From Candidatus Heimdallarchaeota archaeon (GTDB lineage Archaea; Asgardarchaeota; Heimdallarchaeia; Hodarchaeales; Hodarchaeaceae), in contig RDOB01000005.1 in NCBI GenBank assembly GCA_011364965.1, forward strand, positions 1 to 64,000: DNA of 64,000 nucleotides, in the 5' to 3' direction. Under the pieces are notes generated by a model that was not told the DNA's origin, made no database searches, and saw nothing but the letters and a program-made list of their open reading frames with translations. Every line of letters starts with the position of its first letter. Position 1 is the stretch's first letter. A program made the translations under genes and the position numbers. Positions 10,001-17,949 of the stretch are shown here, one piece after another.

Positions 10001-11713
10001 TATGTCGATGTCTCTGATAATAGTGAAACATGGATTGGTACTGAAATCTCTAAGGTTTTATTGAAAGATTTAAGGGAAGGGATTGAAGAATACTTCCCCC
10101 ATAATCCTACTGCAATTAATCTTGGAAATGGTATCACACGTTATCTCTTCTATTATAACTATTTACAAGTTGTAACGGAATTTGATCCCCCTGATTACTT
10201 CCAGTTCAACTATGGAGAGATTCTTATCTTTTCAGTTTCCATCACTGACACTGGAACACCTAATTATCCAGCTTGGCTTGGAGATCTTCGTTCCAACCAT
10301 ACAATAAGCTCCCCATCCTTTCAAATTCAGGTAAATTATGATATAAGAACTCCCATAATCATTGAGCAAAATGGTGTACCTTTTCAGTTAATATACTCGA
10401 ATGACATAGAAGGTAGGTTGGAAGTATCTGTTATGGCACAAGATCAGTTGTGGTCAGGTTTAAATGAAGAATCAGCAGTTTTAGTAATTACCGATTTACA
10501 GGGGGAGGTGATTGTTAATAAAACCATGACAGTCCAACCAGGTTTTACTAGTTCTCTAACCCTTTCTCAAATTCGGTTTAATTCATTAATAGAGCTTAAT
10601 GTGTTTGAAACATACCTTTTTACGGTCATTATTACTGATAATGCTGGAAACAAATTTTCATCTTCCCTTATCACCGAAATAGCTGATGCTGCTGCTCCTA
10701 GAATTGTTGAACTAATTCTCAATATGACTTCTGACCGCAAATTAAATATTACTGTTTATGTTGAGGACTTTAGTTCGGCTATTGCCTTTATTAGGGTACA
10801 AATTTCTCGAGATATAACATTTGATGATAGCGATCCATGGTTTGATTTATCTCGTTCAGGTGGAGCTGGTTCAGCTATAAATCAATTGAGTCAGCTGAAA
10901 TATACTAGAATTATTCCTCTTTCAGTCTCCCTTATTGATTTAATTTTGCCACCTGATATTTATATCCGCATAAAAACAAGAGATGGGACAGGAAATGAAA
11001 GAATATTTTCTTTAAATGACAATCCCAACTTGGTATGGAATATAAATCCCGGTGGAATAATATTTAGAAGTGAAGTGCTTATTGTGGGAGCTCTGGTGCT
11101 TCTAATGAGTATAATTGTAGGAATTCGGGTTCTATCTCGAACAGAGGGATATGATATGAAGAAAATCATTACTGAAAGTGAACGCATTTCCCGAGAAGTT
11201 ATGTTGACCTTGATGGATGAATTTGCGCTTGGAGTAACTGTGAATTTCTTCGATCAGGTTCAAGGCCCTGTACCTGTCATCTGGGAACCCGCGTTACTAG
11301 AAGATCAAGAACAAGTTATGCTTGATTTATCTGATAAATCCTTTTCCACCCTAGAATTTGTAGGATTGGAGGAAAAAGAACGCAGCGGTACATTTGATTT
11401 TTCCACTGGTTCTTACGAATGCACTGCACTGGGATATTCCTTTGCAATTGACAATCCTCAGGCTCGTGGTGGGAAAGAAAACTTAACTGTCGTTTTATTA
11501 CTTCGCAAAGAGTGGGGAGATAACCTTTTAGTTTTCCAAGATGAACTAGTTGAAAAATTACGGGAAATCCGTGATTTAATTGTCTCTCAACAAACTTCTA
11601 ACCTTATTGAAAAGAAAGCTCGTGATTTAAGAGAATTTGTGTCTCGGTTAATGATATCCTTCAATAAACTCTATACAGGTATAGATTATGAAACTGATCT
11701 TCAGGTGGAATAA
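7061..11713 (+). CDS. Large single-pass surface protein, paralog of upstream gene: signal/TM + Ig-like repeats + TM + uDENN/longin domain
   Basis: N-terminal basic+hydrophobic segment; beta-rich repeats; TM VLIVGALVLLMSIIVGI; NFFDQVQGPVP...LGYSFAIDNPQARGGKENLTVVLLL aligns by eye to the ORF1 tail; 1-bp gap after ORF1 stop. Confidence 0.8.
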   Translation: MQELKPKKIFFCRLNTLKKNGIFLILLFSLVFPFELLTSYEFATIHSSQSSNNSYIQKLMNQTPQLLSQFPAFKVSDVSLDRKEADFYKPGECLIPNIFSIPLPYFNIQEQDDVVLNGSYPKAMELDASSMTFTLFFTIVNSTGNSFEFAFKSLEISNSTDVFRISKTAIFGWVNYGLTDYYSLKFPLNNSFLSQITIGIYNLTLTTDIYSHISSDSIILPMKDLQVSITGSPPTEFNNKLDADQIFNLTTSVNEIRPLSGGGSALFPVESLPWIDNGEGDNINPNLTLISETGNEVNTLDFLDFISNESISGSYTFNFSIPATIAPLYENGIHTLHITITSPEGIKQNTSIIIEAKGTVYLVEVVSVTIGTNTPLEWDNLTNGGDNHIDIRVNLNDNIDIAYRVLDGETRSLVDPPERVAGQLVAYQDPNKIGEIAIKYVIIGSDATGVVHLTANVLTLASGYELLLYVRGHRTSQIADIDTYPNMTIYWDALEFEYEYWDQQGNFGSRVQPNTKALGVNVGTWWILNLSVFYASDGTPAKGCQISYQINGFQWINLTDGKNGDVINGFFLFNYTYFTPSNPSELFEFKIVNGSIYDPMGTYFVNTTFTSSSFELDVVWTYLIINLIPGEPDQRLGVRKVTNISIEATWAHDITLPFNGIITGKDWLGNPRDLSLINGQGIWTSISQSNMGRYSYEIVQIQDSLFGVTSFLNNTLGDVVKIYFIWEELYFTFSPTYNELIDPSLQGFSSSIEYFVNYGENAILYIYGIHTYDNAPFQGIALLFDSFEVKNYTVSFNEKGIGIRDDLNFSYALDKVSFFILDIQSSGIEDWGITAISGGFSGATISWDKIVVTLSGNMWYSHGTWADIYLSFEYLVYNTIDVNLSTLTYNLLLSNGTLFSGISWTHFRDFSIGPTIRSYNITSLYDSSTGLFGFVTQFIWIDDSIEPRAGNLTTCWLDTEDPQILEWGVYDKFGNGTILIYVDVSDNSETWIGTEISKVLLKDLREGIEEYFPHNPTAINLGNGITRYLFYYNYLQVVTEFDPPDYFQFNYGEILIFSVSITDTGTPNYPAWLGDLRSNHTISSPSFQIQVNYDIRTPIIIEQNGVPFQLIYSNDIEGRLEVSVMAQDQLWSGLNEESAVLVITDLQGEVIVNKTMTVQPGFTSSLTLSQIRFNSLIELNVFETYLFTVIITDNAGNKFSSSLITEIADAAAPRIVELILNMTSDRKLNITVYVEDFSSAIAFIRVQISRDITFDDSDPWFDLSRSGGAGSAINQLSQLKYTRIIPLSVSLIDLILPPDIYIRIKTRDGTGNERIFSLNDNPNLVWNINPGGIIFRSEVLIVGALVLLMSIIVGIRVLSRTEGYDMKKIITESERISREVMLTLMDEFALGVTVNFFDQVQGPVPVIWEPALLEDQEQVMLDLSDKSFSTLEFVGLEEKERSGTFDFSTGSYECTALGYSFAIDNPQARGGKENLTVVLLLRKEWGDNLLVFQDELVEKLREIRDLIVSQQTSNLIEKKARDLREFVSRLMISFNKLYTGIDYETDLQVE

Positions 11714-11716
11714 AAA

Positions 11717-14605
11717 ATGAAGAACTGGTATAAAATAATTCCCATTTTAGTATTTGGAATCAATATAATAGGTATTCTGGTAATAAATTCCGAAAACAAT
11801 ATGCTTTATGAAATCAATCATCCTTCTCGATTAGCACATTCCTATTTTAGTTCTTCGATTAAGGTATCCACTAACCCCTCATCTAGAAACTCCGTTTCTC
11901 ATCCGCTGTTGTCAGTGACAGAGAACACCACCTCTATTCTTGATATCACAGGTATAAAGGATAATTTTCAAGTTGCTTTTGAGCCAAATATCTGGGCCGA
12001 TCAGTTAGGATCAAGTTCCCAGGCACTGATATCACCTAGTTTGTATCAAAATGGATTAATTGTTACAACTGAACCTGAAGAACTTAATAATTCCCTTTTT
12101 GTTCGTATTGGTAACAGTGGATATGGAGATACCCTAAATACGGCTTTAGACACAAAACTTCTCGATGGTTTATCTGCAGGGTGGCGAATTGAATTTCCAG
12201 TAATAGAGGATTTTGATTTGATACACATTGCTTTTAAATGGCGGTATAATGCAGAAGATGGAGTATTCGATGATTACGTGGAAGTTAAACCTGGAGTTGT
12301 TACAGATTCCACTCCAGACTTTCAAGAGGTCAGAGCACGCATTTCTGCACCAAATGAAAGTAATTCATTTTGGTTGAACACTCCCTCTACCACTGATAAT
12401 CCTAATGGTACGGTATATTATCGGATGGGATCCGTTGTTACCCAAGATGAGGAATGGATGACGTTCTCCTATAATTTTTCAGTCGCTCCATCAGCTACTA
12501 ATTATACTCTTGAATTAGGTGCTTTCTTGAATACACGGGAATTCTATAATGAATATTTTGATGTCTGGTTTGATGATATAGAAATTATTGGGGTAAACAA
12601 TGCTTTAGATGATATTCCTCCGATCCCAGTCACTATGGGACTTGATCGCACCTTAAATGTGTCCGAATTCACCTTTTGGACTGAATTTGCTGAAGGTTCA
12701 TGGATGAGTTCGATTAAAAATGTCAGTGTATACTACAATCGAACTGGTCTCCTTTCCAATGCTTCAGTGAATGATAGCTTGATCTTTCAGCCTCCATATA
12801 TCCTTGATAATGCTGGGTATAATCATACAGTCTGGCAGTATACTGATATTTTTGAGTTCGGAGATAATGTCAGTTACTATTTCCTGATTTTTGATCTATC
12901 GGATAATAGCTATCAAACTCCAATAGACTGGGTTATTATTGGCGATTTCGAAGCTCCCCGAATTATTGGTATATTTAATCCGCTAGATAAGAGTTTTCTG
13001 CGTCAGTTTGGAAATGGAACCATTTCAATTAGTTTACAGGCCTATGATTGGGGTAATGCTACAGAAAGCGTTGAACTTCACTATATGATCGGTGAAGAAT
13101 TAAAAGATCCTATAGAAATGCTATTTAATGGGACATATTACACTATTCGCTTGACTATTCCCTATGGCCAAATGCTTCGCTTTAATATCACGTTATCTGA
13201 CACAGCAAGCAATTATCGCAGCTATAATTTTTATTCCATTTCTGTAACAGAAGACAAAGTTGCACCAACAATCAATGATTTCTCTATAGAAGCAAGTCAT
13301 ATTGAAGAAGGTCGTACTTTTGTCAATGTTTCGGCCTCAGATTCATTTGGGGAGATTAAAGCTGTAAATGTGGTCATTAAAAACCCAGATGATACACTTG
13401 TAAAGAATCTCACTCTACGGTATGATTCCACTAATGATCTTTACGTTTTAGGAACTGTTTTAAGATTACCCTATAATCCTGAAATAAATTATACATTCAC
13501 AGCATACGTTAAAGATGAAGCTGGGTTGATAGTGAATTCTTCGATAAATTACGTTGTTCCAGATATTGTTGCTCCTACAGTAGAAATATCAGAGGTAGTT
13601 TATACCACTCCTGGATTAATGGTTGTGTGGGTATATGCAACTGATGGTGGTAGTGGGATAGCCAGTGTGACGCTTGAAAAGAAATTTGGTAGTAGTTGGC
13701 TAGAAGAAGGGAATTTAAATTACTCTCATAAAAGGCAATTATACTATTACGAAATCCAAACTGATTTTCTTGGCAACCAATTAGTTGAAATTCGGATTAA
13801 AGCGACTGATATGGTAAATAATGTTCTCTCTGAATCTAACCGTCCGTATTTACCATATTACACACGTTACTTTTTTACTACAGGGGTTGGCTTATTAATT
13901 ACTGAAAGCTTGATCATTCTCATTGTTATTACTTTTTTCGGTGCGATTAAAGTAGCTCAACGAAGAAGAGTACGTCGAGTACGGGAAAAGCGCTTTGTTC
14001 TAGCTTTGGATCGCAGTGAGCGCTTAGCATACCTTGGGCAAGAGGCTATGTTTGGTTTTGTCGCTGCTTTTGGTCGTCGTGAAGGATCATCAAGTGTTCT
14101 GATGTGGGAACCACGTCTTATTGGCAATTTCTATCAATTCTTCAAGGAACTAGCTGATAAGGCTAATAATGCGGTCGATTTTGTTATGCAAACCAAGCCC
14201 CACGATATCGTTACCTTTGTTGATTTTAAAATTGAAGAAATTGGTTGTACTGCCATTACATTTGCTTATCCTATTTCCACATTACCTCAACAATATCTAT
14301 CTGCCCTTACACTTGATCAAGCTCCTTTAGGAGCTGGTCAGGGAGTGCTCATCCTGATGTTACTGATGAGAGAGAAATGGGGGGATGTGTCTCTAGATTT
14401 TCAGGCTGAAATCACAGATGTCATGAGAGAGCTCAAGAACCTAATACTAGCTGGAGAAGCTAAAGATATTGTCTTGCAAAAATCCCGTGAACATCGTTTG
14501 TTCATTTCTGGAACAGTTGAGGTTTTAGAAGAGATTGAGACTGATATTGATGAAATTTCAGAGGATATTATGGGTGATTTTGGGTCTGAACTTCTCGATT
14601 CATGA
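11717..14605 (+). CDS. Third surface paralog: signal peptide + beta-sandwich/Ig-like repeats + TM + divergent uDENN/longin domain
   Basis: Signal-like N-terminus; D.xAP.I and D.xSG repeats; TM followed by RRRVRRVREKR; tail FGFVAAFGRREGSSSVLMWEP...DFKIEEIGCTAITFAYPI...LILMLLMREKWG aligns to ORF2 (WEP, DF..G..CTA, LLRKEWG). Confidence 0.72.
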   Translation: MKNWYKIIPILVFGINIIGILVINSENNMLYEINHPSRLAHSYFSSSIKVSTNPSSRNSVSHPLLSVTENTTSILDITGIKDNFQVAFEPNIWADQLGSSSQALISPSLYQNGLIVTTEPEELNNSLFVRIGNSGYGDTLNTALDTKLLDGLSAGWRIEFPVIEDFDLIHIAFKWRYNAEDGVFDDYVEVKPGVVTDSTPDFQEVRARISAPNESNSFWLNTPSTTDNPNGTVYYRMGSVVTQDEEWMTFSYNFSVAPSATNYTLELGAFLNTREFYNEYFDVWFDDIEIIGVNNALDDIPPIPVTMGLDRTLNVSEFTFWTEFAEGSWMSSIKNVSVYYNRTGLLSNASVNDSLIFQPPYILDNAGYNHTVWQYTDIFEFGDNVSYYFLIFDLSDNSYQTPIDWVIIGDFEAPRIIGIFNPLDKSFLRQFGNGTISISLQAYDWGNATESVELHYMIGEELKDPIEMLFNGTYYTIRLTIPYGQMLRFNITLSDTASNYRSYNFYSISVTEDKVAPTINDFSIEASHIEEGRTFVNVSASDSFGEIKAVNVVIKNPDDTLVKNLTLRYDSTNDLYVLGTVLRLPYNPEINYTFTAYVKDEAGLIVNSSINYVVPDIVAPTVEISEVVYTTPGLMVVWVYATDGGSGIASVTLEKKFGSSWLEEGNLNYSHKRQLYYYEIQTDFLGNQLVEIRIKATDMVNNVLSESNRPYLPYYTRYFFTTGVGLLITESLIILIVITFFGAIKVAQRRRVRRVREKRFVLALDRSERLAYLGQEAMFGFVAAFGRREGSSSVLMWEPRLIGNFYQFFKELADKANNAVDFVMQTKPHDIVTFVDFKIEEIGCTAITFAYPISTLPQQYLSALTLDQAPLGAGQGVLILMLLMREKWGDVSLDFQAEITDVMRELKNLILAGEAKDIVLQKSREHRLFISGTVEVLEEIETDIDEISEDIMGDFGSELLDS

Positions 14606-14667
14606 GAAGATTGAAATACCTAATTTTCTTCCCTTTTTTCTATCATTCAATCGCGAGAGTAATCATA

Positions 14668-14901
14668 ATGAGTGAAATCATGCGTTTACGTACTGAACCC
14701 TGTTCAATCTGCAAAAAAACCTTGGCATTTGGGATAAAAGCTTCTGAGTTGAAACCCGATATTACTGGTTTAGATCTCTATCTTGATCTTCATGGATTAA
14801 ATGATGAATCCCCTCACGCTCGATTGTTATATATTGATGCTAATGGATTTGTTAGGACTATAACTATGATTAATAAATTCACAAAAATCCTGCATGAATA
14901 A
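14668..14901 (+). CDS. Small putative Zn-binding protein (CxxC...HG...H..LYID.NG.VR)
   Basis: In-frame ATG at 14668 preferred over 14602; CSIC plus two His residues. Confidence 0.55.
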   Translation: MSEIMRLRTEPCSICKKTLAFGIKASELKPDITGLDLYLDLHGLNDESPHARLLYIDANGFVRTITMINKFTKILHE

Positions 14902-14911
14902 TATTGAAGGT

Positions 14912-15316
14912 TTATAGAATATCCATGTGAATTCGTTGAGCAGTTCCTCGGGTTCCTTTCCTCGAGCATGTTACACTAAATAATGGAACATTGTACTCAA
15001 TTGCGAGAAGAGTTGCATCATCTAGACTATCTCCGACCAAAATATCTAATATCGCTCCATCACTGTGACGAAAAATCCGTATGTACGCGTCCTCCCGTTT
15101 TTCTATTCCCTCCTCATCCCAACCTTTTTCTACTAATATGATAGTGGGCCATAAAACTCCTTTCTTAAACCAACTTTTCCTTTCTTTAAATGGACTTTTT
15201 GGGTCTTTTTCAGCTAATTGGGGGAAAGCATACTTTTTATTGTCAATGATTTCCTTCCGTGTTACTCTTATATGAGGATTTTGCCGTGCGATCCATCCAA
15301 AGGTCTTAAATTGCAA
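14912..15316 (-). CDS. Hypothetical protein
   Basis: 134-aa ORF filling the space between convergent genes; no motif recognised. Confidence 0.55.
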   Translation of the reverse strand: MQFKTFGWIARQNPHIRVTRKEIIDNKKYAFPQLAEKDPKSPFKERKSWFKKGVLWPTIILVEKGWDEEGIEKREDAYIRIFRHSDGAILDILVGDSLDDATLLAIEYNVPLFSVTCSRKGTRGTAQRIHMDIL

Positions 15317-15528
15317 TCTAATCCCACTCTAGCCGAATAAAAATCTTATATTTCGATTTTAATACTTTATTTGATACCTAATTTATCCCCTTTCAATTCA
15401 CTTGTGACCAATCTTAATCGTTCCTCGATTAAAAAAAGTTTTTGGATTCGAATATTTTTCTTTAGTAAAGAAATCAATGCTATATTGGCTTTCATGATGT
15501 TAAACTAAGGGATTCTATACTTCTTTCC

Positions 15529-16077
15529 TCATACTTCTTCAGAATAAGAACCAAGATCTTCACTGTTCAAATTCAGAGAAGAAATATCCTTCTTTGCTTC
15601 TTTTCGTGGAGGAATTAAGGTAAATTTTGCTAAATTTCTGCTGAATACAAAAAATAACGCAATTTCTAATAGAAATAAAAGGACTTGTAGGAAAATCATT
15701 TCAACTATCATTTCTAAAATATATGTTATTCCAATAATTATGCTAATATATGCCAGATCTGAAGAAAGTAAATCAGGGGGTGTTATTGGTCTTAATTTCT
15801 TCATATTCAGAACTGCTTCGATTACTACTAACATTCCTCCTCCAAAACCTCCTATAACAGCCCCTAAAAAGATTACACTAGGCCAAACGACTTTTAGCTG
15901 CCATAATTCGAGAGATATAAATTCTATTCCACTTGTAATAAGTACAATAAGAAAATAACTCGTGATAGGTGCAATCAACACTGATAATAAAATATTTAGA
16001 TAGGAAGGCTTTTTGGGCTGTACCATTAGTGCAGTTTCCTTATCTTCGATTGGTAGGTTGGAAGTCATAATCCTCAC
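15529..16077 (-). CDS. Four-TM membrane protein of unknown function
   Basis: Four hydrophobic segments; abuts the lysS stop. Confidence 0.65.
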   Translation of the reverse strand: MRIMTSNLPIEDKETALMVQPKKPSYLNILLSVLIAPITSYFLIVLITSGIEFISLELWQLKVVWPSVIFLGAVIGGFGGGMLVVIEAVLNMKKLRPITPPDLLSSDLAYISIIIGITYILEMIVEMIFLQVLLFLLEIALFFVFSRNLAKFTLIPPRKEAKKDISSLNLNSEDLGSYSEEV

Positions 16078-17738
16078 TCATTTATTATCTTTATTGCTTC
16101 TTCTAATCTTTTAATAACCCATTCTTTCTCTAATGCAGCGATGAAAGGAGCAAAACGAGGTCCTTTATCCATTCCTAGGAAGATCTGATATAAGAGTGAG
16201 AAGAAGTTTGTCATATCTTTACGCGAGACTTGTTCGTTTTCGCGTAATAAAATCATCTTTTGCTTAATACTTTCTTCAGTCCATTTAATTTCTCTGAATG
16301 CTTGAGTTAATTCCCTTAAAAGGAAGATTAATTTTTTGTCAGTGTCACTTGCTATATCTAATGAAAGCGGTTCAGGTATATTAATCCGTAAGAAAGAAGG
16401 ACCGTATGTATTTACCCAGTTTCGTGCTTGTTTTAACCTATTATGGATATAAATTTCAATACTCTCTGTAACAGGTATATTCAGAATTTCTGTTGCAATT
16501 AATTTTCGGATAGCTTCTTTTGTTCCTTCCCAATCGTCAGCTATTAATTGTGATAATATTATTGCATGTACGTAATCTAGCTGGAATCCTAAATAAGGTG
16601 GTACGTTGTTATAGTATGTAATTTCAATACTTCTTCGAATTGCTCTTAGTTCAGGTCCATCTTCAAATGCTTCAATACCGTGATATATCCGTACAGCTCG
16701 ATCGTATTCTGCTACATATGTTGGGAGTTTATCCAATCCTACGACTATTCTTCTTCTGGGGGGAGTCTTCAGGTACATATATTTCAGTACTTCTGCGTCT
16801 GCAAATTTTAACCAATGAGTAGGAGTAAATCCAATGAAACCTGAGCTTGTCATATCCCCAAAATCGTTTTTTCCCTCACTATAACCAACCCATTCGTTCC
16901 AAAATCCGAAAGGGCCTTTCCGTTTAAGTACTGATTCTAATACTTCAATACAGCTATCTCTAGAGCCTCCTGGGGTGGCATGATCTTTCCCATATGGTTC
17001 AAAGTGAACCTTGAGTACATACCAGATTGCTAGCCATTCCAACCGCCAAGTCAATTTTCCTAATTGCATATCGGACCAATCTTCAGTTTCACAGCTTGTA
17101 CATGTGTAACGGACTTTATACTGCTTTAGGTCGACTTCTAATGCTTTTGTTGTTCCAATTTTATTACATTTATTACATAATGGGTTAAATGGAATCCAAT
17201 CTTCAGGAAAAGGATTTTCTCCTCGATATTTATTGAGAATTTCCCGAATTCTGTCCTTCTCGTTAATTAGCTTAATGATAGTCTTTTTCATCTTTTCTGT
17301 TGTGTAAAGTTCATGAGTTCTGATTATATTTACATCCTTCCCGAACTTTGGGAGGGGATTCCCAAACTCTTTCCAAAAGTAATTGATCCAAGATGTTGAT
17401 TCCCCACTCGGATCGGGAACATCAACTAGTCTCCAATCTTGATATTTTTTTGCAGGATCTGGATCCTGAAAAGCCTCCAACTGAGCTTTCTTTGCTTTCC
17501 ATGGATCAGAGGTATATAAAATTAAATAATGCGTTGCATGAAAGCCTCGTTCCTTAAGTTCATTTACAACTGCATTTGTCAGGATTATTTCGCCCCGTAA
17601 CCGGCCAATGTGTTGTCTACCAGACACAGAAATTCCGCAATTACAATTAAAACTCTTTATTTTTGGCCAATTATTAATTAAATCTGAAGTTAATCCATCA
17701 ATCCAGTGAGAAGGGGGAGAATCGGAGTTATTCGCCAT
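16074..17738 (-). CDS. lysS: Lysine--tRNA ligase, class I
   Basis: N-terminal HW, GISVSGRQHIG (HIGH-like), CxxC pairs, GKLTWRLEW, EPYGKDHATPGGS, DMTSS (KMSKS-equivalent), C-terminal GPRFAPF. Confidence 0.95.
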   Translation of the reverse strand: MANNSDSPPSHWIDGLTSDLINNWPKIKSFNCNCGISVSGRQHIGRLRGEIILTNAVVNELKERGFHATHYLILYTSDPWKAKKAQLEAFQDPDPAKKYQDWRLVDVPDPSGESTSWINYFWKEFGNPLPKFGKDVNIIRTHELYTTEKMKKTIIKLINEKDRIREILNKYRGENPFPEDWIPFNPLCNKCNKIGTTKALEVDLKQYKVRYTCTSCETEDWSDMQLGKLTWRLEWLAIWYVLKVHFEPYGKDHATPGGSRDSCIEVLESVLKRKGPFGFWNEWVGYSEGKNDFGDMTSSGFIGFTPTHWLKFADAEVLKYMYLKTPPRRRIVVGLDKLPTYVAEYDRAVRIYHGIEAFEDGPELRAIRRSIEITYYNNVPPYLGFQLDYVHAIILSQLIADDWEGTKEAIRKLIATEILNIPVTESIEIYIHNRLKQARNWVNTYGPSFLRINIPEPLSLDIASDTDKKLIFLLRELTQAFREIKWTEESIKQKMILLRENEQVSRKDMTNFFSLLYQIFLGMDKGPRFAPFIAALEKEWVIKRLEEAIKIINE

Positions 17739-17949
17739 TTATTCGTGGCTCCATTTGTAAGAAGCTAAGTAAGAGAACAGGAGGACACTGAAACAAGGAT
17801 TTAAAAAAGGCAAGATCAAGTTATAAAACGGAAAAAAGCAGCGAATATATGCTCATAAATTTGTTTAATTATTCCCTAATAGTAATTAAATTGTTTTATT
17901 GGACAAATATCGAAAAAATGGTAAGTATTAATAGGAAGGTTCGGAAAAC

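Noticed and set aside
14602-14667. N-terminal extension of the small Zn-binding ORF
   Set aside because: It runs through a T-rich terminator-like tract; ATG 14668 is more plausible.
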